A DNA stretch of 64,000 nucleotides, from assembly GCA_002269645.1 (NCBI GenBank), contig NIVC01000255.1, forward strand, positions 124,001 through 188,000. The letters are read 5' to 3'. Positions 39,301 to 51,300 of the stretch are shown here, one piece after another (position 1 is the first letter of the stretch; each line of letters begins with the position of its first letter). The notes below the pieces were generated by a model. It had not been told where the DNA came from and ran no database searches. It worked only from the letters and a program-made list of their open reading frames with translations. Both the position numbers and the translations under genes were made by a program. The DNA comes from Macrostomum lignano (taxonomy: Eukaryota).

Positions 39301-42300
39301 ATACAGACTTACAGGCAAATTTTACAGACTGACAGCCAGATTATACAGACTGACAGGCAGATTACACAGACTGACAGGCAGATTATACAGACTTACAGGC
39401 AAATTTTACAGACTGACAGCCAGATTATACAGACTGACAGGCAGAATATACAGACTAACAGGCAGATTTTACAGACTGACAGGCAGATTACACAGACTGA
39501 CAGGCAGATTATACAGACTGACAGGCAGATTATACAGACTAACAGGCAGATTTTACAGACTGACAGTTAGAATATACAGACTTACAGGTGCTGTGCTGAC
39601 CACTTGGTGTAAAACAGGCTGACAGGTAAGGCATACAGACTGACAGGTGAGTGTGAAACAGACTAACTCCAATTCTAAGAAAGACAGGATGCAGATTAAA
39701 GAATCATCAAAAGTTTGTTCAGTGCGTCTTTTTGAAAATTGATTTAAAACGGGAGATTTCAATCAATAATGTGCTGCCCAGACTCGATAAGTTTGGTTGG
39801 GAAGATGAAGCCATTTTATATTCTCGTCACTGACGAGGCATTCAGTTCACTTTTTTAAACTCATTATATCCAATTTAAACCCTAATAACCCTTGTACTTC
39901 TTGAAATCTAGTTTAGATAGTAATTTTTCTGTTTTGCATTTTGCACGCCTTCATTAGCCTACTTTTAGCGGCAGTTTTAGTAAATTGCTGCTATTTTTCT
40001 TGCATGAACCTGTCATTGTTTAGCTGAAGTGAGTCTCTTACCTTAGTTGTTGTGTTGATGTTGTCAACTTTATTTTTGTGTCTTTTAAAGTGCATGAAGT
40101 TCTTTGCTTGAAGGGATTTGAAGACTGACTGTGCTGGGATCTGAGGACTGGCTGAGCTGGGATCTGAGGACTGGCTGAGCTGGGATCTGAGGACTGGCTG
40201 AGCTGGGATCTGAGGACTGGCTGAGCTGGGATCTGAGGACTGGCTGAGCTGGGATCTGAGGACTGGCTGAGCTGGGATCTGAGGACTGGCTGAGCTGGGA
40301 TCTGAGGACTGACTGTGCTGGGATCTGAGGACTTAGGATCTGATGACTGGCTAAGCTGGGACCTGAGGACTGGCTGAGCTGGGATCTGAGGACGGGCTGA
40401 GCTGGGATCTGAGGACTGGCTGAGCTGGGATCTGAGGACTGTCTGAGCTGGGATCTGAGGACTGTCTGAGCTGGGATCTGAGGACTGGCTGAGCTGGGAT
40501 CTGAGGACGGGCTGAGCGGGGACCTGAGGACTGGCTGAGCTGGGATCTGAGGACGGGCTGAGCTGGGATCTGAGGACGGGCTGAGCGGGGACCTGAGGAC
40601 TGGCTGAGCTGGGATCTGAGGACTGTCTGAGCTGGGATCTGAGGACTGTCTGAGCTGGGATCTGAGGACTGGCTGAGCTGGGATCTGAGGACTGTCTGAG
40701 CTGGGATCTGAGAACTGGGGATCTGAGGACTTAGGATCTGAGGACTTGGGATCTGAGGACTGGCTGAGCTGGGATCTGAGGACTGTCTGAGCTGGGATCT
40801 GAGGACTTGGGATCTGAGCACGCAACCGGCCCCATCATGTCCCCAGGACCTCATCTCGGAGACTGGCATCACGTATCAGATTGTGTCCAGCATTCCCCCA
40901 GCAACTGGGGAAGTGGAGGACCGGAAGTCCCTGGCAGTGCTGGCCGCAGCCTCATCAGACGCCATCAGCTCCCTGGCAGGCCCGGCAGAGGACTCAAGCA
41001 GCTGCTCACTGCTGGCCGAGTCCTCCGCCATCAGCGACTCCAAACTGACTGACGGAAATTCCGCCGCTCCCGCCGCTCCCGGGTCAGCCGCCTCATCAAA
41101 CGGAAGCTGGAGACCAGCTCAGCCGGACAGTGAGACCTACATCAAGCAGTACCTGAGCGCAGTGTCGGCTGTTGATTACTTCCTTCGCGAGGAGAAGGCC
41201 AGGCAGGAGGCTGCGGTGAAGTTCTCGAAGAATGCAAAAACCAGAGCGACCAGAAAGTCCATGCAGGTCATGGGCGCGGACGGTGGGGTGAGTTGCGGCT
41301 GTGTGGGTTTCTGTGCGATAGTGGCCGTTTAGAGTAGGATAAACTGTTTATGGACTGTTTATATCATAAGAGTAGTAGGAAAGTGGTACCCTCTACCGCC
41401 ATCGCACCGGATTGGCCGGGGCACCCGGCCAATGAGGAGAGACGGCGCCCCCAAAAACGCCCACCCCGACGCCAAACCCACCCCGACCCCCAAACCCACC
41501 CCGACCCAAACCCACCACCGCCACGCACCCAATCCCGACCCCCAAACCCACCCCGACCCCGGCCAAACCCACCACCGCCACGCACCCACCCCGACCCCAA
41601 ACCGGGCCCCCAAAGACGCCCACCCGACCCCAAACCCACCACCGCCGCACCTACCTCCGACCCCAAACCGGGCCCCCTCCTGTCCTGCACCCCATCCCAT
41701 ACCAAGGCCCCTTCCTGTCCAGCACACCATCCCATACCGGAGGCCGGAGAAGGGGGTCGGGCAAGCCCAGGTTGGGGTCGGGCAAGCCGGTCGGGCAAGC
41801 CGGTCGAGCAGGCCAGATGAGGGGTTGGGCAGCTGAGTGTCTGGGTGAGTGTCCAAGGGTGAGTTAAGTGAGTGTTCAAGGGTGAGTTTTGAGATGTGAA
41901 TGAGTGTCCATAGTTGAGTATCCTCTACCGCATGTGGTGATACGCAAGACAGAGTTTCAATGTGATCTTAACGGGTAGAGGGTCTGATTGCTTGGAATTT
42001 CCGAGTAGAGAGGGGAAGGGATTCTATTGGTCGAGCAAGCATTTGAAGTGATTTCCGAGTAAAATGTGGAGAATGGATTCTATTGGTCGAGAGGTCCCTG
42101 ATGAACGATTTGGTTTGGACCCTGCGGGAGAAGGGCTCCAGTACCCTTTATAAATAAAGCACCTCGGCCCCATAGATTTTTTATTTATTTTAGATTAAAT
42201 TAAAAATACAACGAAAATGCAAATAACTTGCGACTTTTGCGAGTCATCAGTAATCGGGGGCATTGAGGAGCACTATGCGGTATGTCCTGCGATACCAGCA

Positions 42301-45300
42301 CTGTTTGAGTCAGATGACTCCCCAGCGATTCATTTTCAACTGATCAAGGAGGCGTTTAATGGCAGGTCCCAACTTTACCGGGCCAGTGCATGCGGCGACC
42401 CGATGAATGTTTTGGAAAACACTCGTCAAGCTTTCATTGACTTGATCACCCAGCATCAACGTGAGCCAGGAACCGCCATCAAAGTTCAGCTGCGCCTCGG
42501 GGTCCTGATGCAGCGCATCATTAATGGTAGCTGCGCCGCCGAGAACACTGCCTGGTTTGCTGCCAAGGTCCACTCTCTTCTCCAGAGTGAGGAGGAGTAC
42601 TACTTCTCTAACGACATGCAGACTATCATCAACCGGATAGAGAAGTAACTACGCAATGGCAGTGGCTGGGTAATCAGGACCACTCGGTGTGTTGACGTGT
42701 CAACCGCAAGTTATTATCTACCGCATAGAGCGTCGTGCAAAAGGCCAAGAATGAGTTCAAGAAAGACTGCAACAAGCTGCTAAACAACTCCCTGTAGACC
42801 ATCGAGTATGTTCGCAAGCAAGTGGACTACGTGCTGGTTTATTCAGCAGGGAAGCCTGTGGCCAAGCCGACGTTCCGCGATCAGATGATTTTCAACGGGG
42901 ATTTAGCTCTAGTGCACATTCTCAAGACGAATGTTGTGCTCGACAGGCTAGTGTATATCGGCCAGTGCGATCTGTCTGGACACTAGCAAGCTCTTTTTCC
43001 CACAAATTTTTTTTCTTTGTAAATATCTGATTTAAAACAACTATATGCATGTAAATTTAATACGAACATACTATATTTTGAATAATAATAAATACAAGCT
43101 TTACTCTATGATATCTAATACGCAGAAATAGAGAAAAATGCTCTTTCACAAAAATATTTTTGCTATAATTAGTCATTTTTTGAGCACAGCTCTGGGGTAA
43201 AATCCCCATTGAAATGTATGTATTTTATCCACAAGTATGCAAGTTTTCGTCCAGTGATTAAAAGTATGCAATACGGCGTGAATTTTTCGACAAAATGCGT
43301 CAATTTTCATGCACAGGTTCGGGTACAAATCCCTATTGAAATACATGTATTTTGTGCACAAGTATGCAAGTTTTCGTGCACAGTGTTAAAAAGTATGCAA
43401 AGTGTTGAGGTTTTTTGTGCACACATTCGGGTAAAAATTCCCATTGAAATGTATGTATTTTGTGCAAACATGCATGCTTTTTCGTGCACAACAGAGGCTA
43501 GAAACGCTAAATCCGCAGAAACTGGTGGGGGTGGGCAGTTATTTTTTTTTTCAAGCAGGTGTTTGGCATAAGAAAATGATAGGTACTAGAAATTTGGTAA
43601 AATGAAAAAGAAAAAGGCAATTTCAAACCTTCTGCCAGGTATTTATTTTGACTGCAGTAGACCGGGCAGCTATGGCGGCTATCAGGCATTAAAACGAGAG
43701 TTGCACAAACATCACGGACCCAAGTTTAGTGTAGGGCAGGTATGTATATACGATATACTTCTAAACCAATGATTTTTTAGAAAATTCCAGCTTAGGTTTT
43801 TAGTTTTATCCACTAGCTAGCAATTTCCAGTTTTTACAATTAAAGGTAAAAACGTGGCTCCAAGACCAAGATGTCTACACACTGCATAGAGATAAACGCA
43901 AAAACTTTCGTCGAGCACCGATTGTGGTGCGGGGCATGGATGACCAGTGGGAACTGGACCTGGTTGAAATGCTACCGTTTGCCAAGTACAATGGCGGCGT
44001 ACGATATATTTTATGCTGCATTGATGTGCTCAGCAAGTTTGCCTGGGCTCAGCCGGTGCGCCGCAAGACAGCCGAGGAGGTTGCAGCCGGATTCGAAGCG
44101 ATCCTAAATCGAGCTCACCCTCGATGCCCACGAGCAGTTCGGACCGACCGTGGAAAAGAGTTTTGTAACACCCAGTTCCGAGCCCTCTGCGTAAACCACA
44201 AAATTCATGCATTCACATCAAGTAGTGACCAGAAATGCGCAGTCATTGAGAGATGGAACCGCACACTGAAATCCCGAATGTGGCGGTACTTCCGTCACAA
44301 GTCAACATTAACCTGGACCGATGTGCTTCAACCCTTAGCAAAGGCATACAACCAGAGTATTCATCGGAGTATTCAAAGCCGACCAGTTGATGTCGACAAG
44401 TCAAACGAGATGGAAATTTGGCACCGGCTTTACGATGGGAAGCTTCCTGAGACTCGTGAAAAGGTCTCCAGACCAAAGTTCAAGGCAGGAATGATGGTGC
44501 GAATCTCTCTTCGCAATCTGGCCAACCCATTCACCAAGGGATACACAAGGGGATGGAGTGAGGAAGTATTTGAAGTCAAGTCCCTCCACCCCAAGCATTA
44601 TCCATACATGTACACTCTGATCGATGCCCGAGGTGAAGAGTTGGAAGGCAAGTTTTACGAGCCGGAAATGCAGCAAGTGACAGGAAACAAGAAGCTGTGG
44701 ATCATCGACAAGGTTCTCAACATTAAGAAGCTGAAGAGTGGAAAGATTCGGTATTTGGTTCAGTGGCGCGATTCAGAAAAACCCAGTTGGATTGACGAAA
44801 AAGACTTAAGAAAAATATGAAAAGGCAAAGATTTCAGGTAATGTCCGGCCCCGATGATGACCCGGCCAACTTTACTGCTGAGCTGCTGCATCCTGTGCTG
44901 CTGGATTCTGCTTTGGACTATGAGTTGGGTCTGCTTGGAATCAGTTTTATCAACTGCATCTACACGATCCCTCATCCATTGTCGCTATATTATCAGCTTG
45001 AGGGTTCAATGCAATGTGCTGAAATTCCAGCTGGGCGCTACAATGACTTGAATGAGCTGATTGATGCAGTAAATGCTTTACTGATTGTAAAAGATTTTGA
45101 TGAGTCTGGAATTGGCGAAACACCTATAAATGTGCATCTAATTAAATTTACCCTTGATTCAGTTAGCCATTATGTATACTATCAAATGGCTGGGATCTGT
45201 GAGAGATTTGTTTCCAGAAAACAGCCAGATGGGGAAAATCTTTGGTGCTGCGCAGACAACCTATAGCGAGCAGGCAGGATGCTTTGAACGACCTGGCATG

Positions 45301-48300
45301 AACCCGGCCTGGAATACGGATTTGCTGCTTGTTGAGTGCGATCAGATTAGCCCGCGCTGTATTGGAAATCAGTTTACTCCAGCACTGCAGACTTTGAATA
45401 TTGGTGGTCTTTTGCAGGATCACCGGTCGGAACTCATCTATAAGAATAAGCTGTTCTTCCCAATAGCAGCAAACCACCGCTTAACACACATGCAAATACG
45501 GCTACGACCGATCAACTGTATCGAATCTATCCGATTACTCTTTGGACCCACAGTCTTGACTTTTGAGCTGCGTGAGTCATGGACATTCGACAAGTGACCG
45601 AGTTTTATCGAGGCAGTTGCTTCAAACTTCCTCATGGGCACGGATATCCCACATCGCTGCTATCTCGACTGCCCCCTGAGACTCATGAAAATGCAGTTCT
45701 CCTTTCCCGCATACCACCTCCATCGCAGAAAAAACATAAGAAAACGCCAAAAATCAAACCAAAGAAGAGCAAGCCAGTGCCCACAAAAAAGCGCAAGATA
45801 CCGTTAAAAACAGTCAACCGAGTGCTCGATTCACTCTCATAATGTATCGGACAAATCCACGGCTCAATCTGTTTGAGCCAATGACGCATGAAATTGGAGT
45901 GGATAGGTCTCACTTCACGGACTTTCATCCCATCGGCAGTCTCACGACTCCTGATGCACCGATTGAATTCGACTGCCACGCCTCCTCTGAGGACTACACC
46001 GATCTGCACGCCACAGTGCTGCAAGTCACTTGCCGGATAACTCGTGTGATAAACAATGCAGAGCTGACTAATGAAGATGATGCCCATGTCGGACTATCGA
46101 ATCTCCCGCTTGCCAGCCTGTTTCGTGATGTCACTGTAAAACTCAACCAGCGGGTTGTGAGTGGTGGGGACGAGCTCTACCCATATCGAGCAATGCTTCA
46201 AGTGCTGACCAGCAGCACTGCCAACCAGCTTCAAAACTGGCGGCCGCAGGTTATTATCCAGACACCGCTGGAGAGAGTGACACCATTGGGGAGCAAAATC
46301 ATGGATTCACAAATCGTGCGAGATTGCATGAGGCTTCTGCTGTTGTGCAATATGCCGGCCCGTTGTTTTCAGACATTTTCTCAATCCGGCAGTATCTGCT
46401 AAACCAAATCAGCCTGCAGGTCAAATTGACCCGGCACTGCAGCGCTTTTTCGTTGATGGTACCCAATAATGTAGTTCAATACCGTGTTGAAGTCGACAAT
46501 GCTATTCTGCTTTTGAGGCGTCTCCGAGTAAACCCAACAGTGGCTCTCGCACATGAACAGGGGCTCTCACAGCGTAATGCTCTACCACTTTGATAGAAGA
46601 GAGCTTCAGACATTCACATTTTCTGTTGGGACAAGAAACAAGAGTCTCGATTCAATCACGCATGGTCAGCTGCCAAAATTTGTGCTCCTTGGAATGGTCA
46701 GCCAGACAGCTTTCAATGGATCTCTGCACCACAACCCGTTTTGGTTCCAAGCTGGTTCCAATCACTGGATTGCTGGAGTAGTAACAAGTAAAGTGCATTG
46801 TGAAATTTTCAACTCTTTGGGAGGCTTGAGTAAAAATATGAAGAGCTGGTTAAAGAAAACTAAACCGACGCGGATGGTGCTGCAATGGAATACGGTCCCT
46901 GTTCAGCCCAGTTCGTCAACTCTATGCGGCTGGTATTGCATTTTTTACTTGATCCATCGACTACATAAGAGAATGTCATATAATGCCTTGTTCATCAAGG
47001 TTTTGCACCCGGCAGCTGTGGCTCAAAACGATGCAATCATACTCAGACTAAAAAATCAGTTGCAAGGTGTTTGATTCCTTGATGTTTGATGATGTTTGAT
47101 GATGGTTTCGGGCCCTTCTCGAGCGGGAAAATCAACATTCTGTTTGCGGTTGCTGTCCCAACGACTGCTTCTGTTCGACCAACCTCCCAAGCGGATGATT
47201 TGGTATCACGGATGCCCGCAGCCGGAACTCCACGCGACTCTGCGGCGGCTAGGAGTGCAAGTATGTGAAGGATTATCGAATTTGGATCTGCAGCCCCATG
47301 ACCTGATTGTGATTGACGATTTACTGGATGAAGCAGCTGCAAGTCGAGAGCTACGACATCTGTTCACCCGTGAGGCCCACCACAAGCCCTGCTTTGTCAT
47401 TCTCATCACGCAAAATCTATTTTTCAAAGGCAGAGAGTGGCGCACAATTAGCATAAATTGCACCTACATTGTGTTGTTCAACAACCCCAGAGACGCCTCT
47501 GCGGTCCAAGCTTTAAGTCAGCAATGCTTTCCCAAACGGCGCACTCTGCTAGTAGAACTGATGGATCGATTGGTGCGAGATGGAGATCAGCGCTATCTGC
47601 TGCTTGATTTTCACCCCGCTTCGCCCCATGAACTGCGCCTGAGAGCCAATTTTCTCCCCGATGAGGCCCCGCAGCGAGTTTATCTATAAGAATGGCTCAG
47701 TATCTGCACTGAGTTAAACATGGATAAACACATTGCAGTAATAACTGTCTTTTGTGAGGGCACTATATCCTTGCATCGCTGCATACTTACCTATGCAAAT
47801 AAAAGCACCATTTGCTTTTTGGTTGAGTGTATTATAAATCTACTAGCAGGAAAAGTTTGTTGTGAAGATAGCTTGAAGCGGAGACTCAGGCGATATCGAA
47901 ATACTCTCCGGCTTGTTGCACAAAGCAAAAGTGTGAAAGAGGCTCGGCGCAATCTCTCACACCCGCATATCCTTCGTTGTCTTCCTCTGATTCTCACCTG
48001 TATAAAAAGACATGTACAAGGAAATGATACTGGTACCCCGGTTGCAGTATGAGGCACTTGTGAATCAGAGGGGCATGGAGACAGTCTGTGAACCCGAGCT
48101 AGAGGCGGAAAAACAGTTGCGCAAGATTAGGGACGAGCGTTGCGTGCAGCAGCTGCAGGCAAGTGCGACCCAAGAACAGCCTCCAGTAATTCACAAAGAA
48201 CCGCAGTGGAAGGAGGTTTTATATCTGACGGTGAATCAGAAATGGCATCATCGTCTGCAGGCATTGATTAGCTTCATAACCGTAAAGTGCAAGTCGATTA

Positions 48301-51300
48301 GCATAGATGATACGTATGAAGTTTCTGTCAATGGTAAACCGTTGTACAACTCAAATATCGTGGACCTGCTGCATTTCATAGTTAAAGATACGTACTCTAA
48401 GTACCTTCAGCCACCGAATGGGATTAATGAGTTTGTTACGTGTCTTCAAGAAAACCACGTGCCTCTGTCTGCAGTTGGTCTGAACACTACAAAATTGCTG
48501 GAAAAGCCTCGGGAAGAAAAGTCCAGTCCTAAAAAACCTCGACTGCAAGGCTATAAGAAGACTCAGTCTCAGAAAGGATACGGCAAGTGGATCAAGTGGC
48601 CAAGATGATTGTCATTGATTTTGAAGGATTTCCGCACCTCTACAAAACAGAGGACTTTGTGATTAAGGAAATTGCATGGGTTGAGTTTGCATGCGGTCAA
48701 ACGACGGCTCATTACTATTGCTACCGACCGCCGCACAGCTTTGAGCTCTTTGATCGAGGACAGCGACGAACCTGCTACTGGCTCACCAATAAGCGGCACG
48801 GTCTAGACTGGGACAGGAGTGGGTTCCGACCCTACTCTTGTCTCTGGAGCGATATCTCCACTTGCAAGGCCCGATATTCAGCAAGGGGGATGTCAAGTGC
48901 CAGTTCCTGTCGCGTCTGCTGCTACAGCCTGTCTACGACCTCGCACACCTGGCCTTTCCGAGTGCCTCGAAGTACGTGCTACCCTGCGCCCTGGCCAAGG
49001 TGGCGCTGTACGCTGATTGGCTGCGGCCTCGCGGCTACGGGTCTATAAAAGTAGCGATCTGCAGCAGGCACTGGCATTTCTCTCGATTGTCTAAAGATGG
49101 CCGCAACAATTCGCGTAACAAACATCGTGACAGGAGCCGACCTGGCGACCCGGGTGGCTCTGCCACAACTAGCGAATTTCCTGACTCTTCATCTGCCTCA
49201 GTATCACACAATCCGCCATCGCCTGGTTCATCCTCGAACACTGGCTGTGGTGATGAAGAGCGGGCAGCATCGAGTAACCGCGCTGGTGTATCCGACCGGG
49301 CAAGTGTCTGTCTGTGGAGCCAAAAGCATGGAGGAAGCTCTCGCAGAGACAGAGAAGATTGTGAAGCTGTGTGCGGACTTCTTGCGATTGACCAGTCTGC
49401 CCCAGATTCGCATCAAGACTATTACCTCTGTGACGACCTTTCCCGCGGGTCGGCATCCACTCCGGTTGGGGGAAGTCAAGTCTAAATGGCCCGATCGGGC
49501 CACCTACGAGCCGGAAATGTTTAACGGACTTGTGCTCGAGTTTACTGCCTCTGTAAAGTTGATTTTGTTTCATTCATATCGCTGTATAATAGCTGGTGCT
49601 CGCAGCGTGGTTGAGGCTCAGACTGCAGCTGATGCCCTCTCCCGCATTTTGCATGCAGACCAAGCATCCGAACCTACTTTGCTGGACTCTGACTGAGCTC
49701 CTCTACGGCATAACAGTAGTAGTGAGATCTGCCTATGCACTGAGTAATAATAATAATAATAATAATAATATTTTTCCTATAACTTTACTTCTGTATTTTT
49801 TGTGTACAAAAGATAAGAAAAAATAAACGCGAATGCAACTATGTTTGTGCAACAATGCTTACAAAAATGAAACGTTTTTTTTGTTTATTTTATTGGCAGG
49901 TCCATGGATTGCAAAGCATAAAATTACATGTTAAAAGCTCCTATTAGCACAAAAAAGTTTATGAAGAATGGAAGGGCCGTATTAAGGCCCGTCACGTGTA
50001 TTTACAAAGCAGGTATTATCGCAAGAAATTAAAGCATCATGGGGCAATATTATAGCCAGTATTGACAAAGCAGTATATACAACAGTACATGATCAGTACT
50101 ATGGTTCAAAACTATATTTAAAAAAAAGTTACTTGACGAAATGACCAGTTGTCGCTTCATGCATTGCGCGTCGCTTCATTGGTGGCTGGTGGCATGAAGG
50201 CTGTTGGTTCTTCTCAGCTGTTGATGGCTCTTCCAGAGTTTCGGATGCAAATCTCTTTCTAAATTCAGCCTGAACTGCCTGGAAAGCCTCCCAGTGGTCG
50301 TCCCACTCTGCCGGCTGCCTGTCAGGTACTTGTATAAGTTGGTCGAGTGTAAGCCTTGCTGCCCATGCTGCACACTCTTCAGGCTCCGTAGGGTGGTATC
50401 CCATCCACCATGGATCGCCGATCGGTGGCTTGACCGGAGGTTCTCGCTTGTCAATTTTGTCTAGGACCCAATGCTTTTGAGCCCAGACTTCGCGCCAAAG
50501 TTTTGTAGGAAGCGGTAAGGCGTGCCTTAGGTGCACCGGCGGTCCGAGTACAGTTGGAAGGCGCCAGAGTGTGATTACGCCATTTTGCACAACCACTTGC
50601 CTGTTGCCACCCAGAAGGCATTGCGCATCGATACACTTTCTTGCAAACTCTTCCAGTCGTTCCTTCAGGCTGCCCAAGTGGCAAAACTGGTGGACGGTGA
50701 GCTCCATGCCAGGCAGACCTGGTCGATACTCTTCATCAAATTTGTACCACTTTCTGATGCTGATGCACTTCGAGTGCGACCTGACGCCGATTCGAAATCT
50801 GTTCGATAATGTCTTGAAGTTCATTTTGTTCACTGTGAGCTTTCCTTCCGGCTGTGTGCGAGATTATATACGACGAGAGTTGGTAAGTAACACCAGCTCC
50901 CGCTCCATAGCAATAACCAATCCGAACCCCGAATCCAACCCCACACAACAGCCCTCTCGCAGGAACTCTCGGCAAATCAGGAGCCCTTCCGGGGACCACT
51001 CAGCCATTTAGAAACCAGCTCCTGTTCCATAGCAATAACTAATCCGAACCCCAAATCCAACCCCCACACAGCAGCCCTTTCGCAGGAACTCAGGCCTTAA
51101 CAAAGTCTCAGTCATCAACGTAACAGGAGGTGACGGGACCTTCTTGCGGCCCTCTGGCCGCCAAGAAGTAGCGTTCTAGGTCTAACGACCTCACGCTGTA
51201 CCCGCCACAGCAAGATAGAGTACAACCAAAGCATGGAATGAGGGTTTTGCCTTGGCTAGCTTTAAAGGCGGTAAGTGAGACAGGTAATAAGACTAGGTTT

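Noticed and set aside
39587-39625. Candidate small KIF13 exon (ACAG|GTGCTG...|GTAAGG)
   Set aside because: Exons 36925-37712 and 40847-41287 join in phase with the expected conserved sequence, and this segment has an in-frame stop or wrong phase.
41412-41432. NFI site (TTGGC-N5-GCCAA) as in adenovirus ITRs
   Set aside because: Half-sites are 11 nt apart, not 5; kept only as a hairpin/CCAAT observation.
42217-42648. Stand-alone 143-aa protein
   Set aside because: It continues past a nonsense codon into the GSGW motif; it is the truncated pPolB N-terminus.
47720-48052. True gasdermin pore-forming homologue
   Set aside because: At 110 aa it is far too short and has no gasdermin fold motifs; the name is only a label used for this viral ORF family.
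48838-49485. 215-aa ORF overlapping the TBP-like gene
   Set aside because: Only the first ~60 codons look coding (frameshifted tail of the DEDD-like gene); the rest is a shadow frame of the TBP-like ORF.
50451-51011. Plus-strand ORFs opposite the PC4-like gene
   Set aside because: Antisense shadows with no recognisable motifs.
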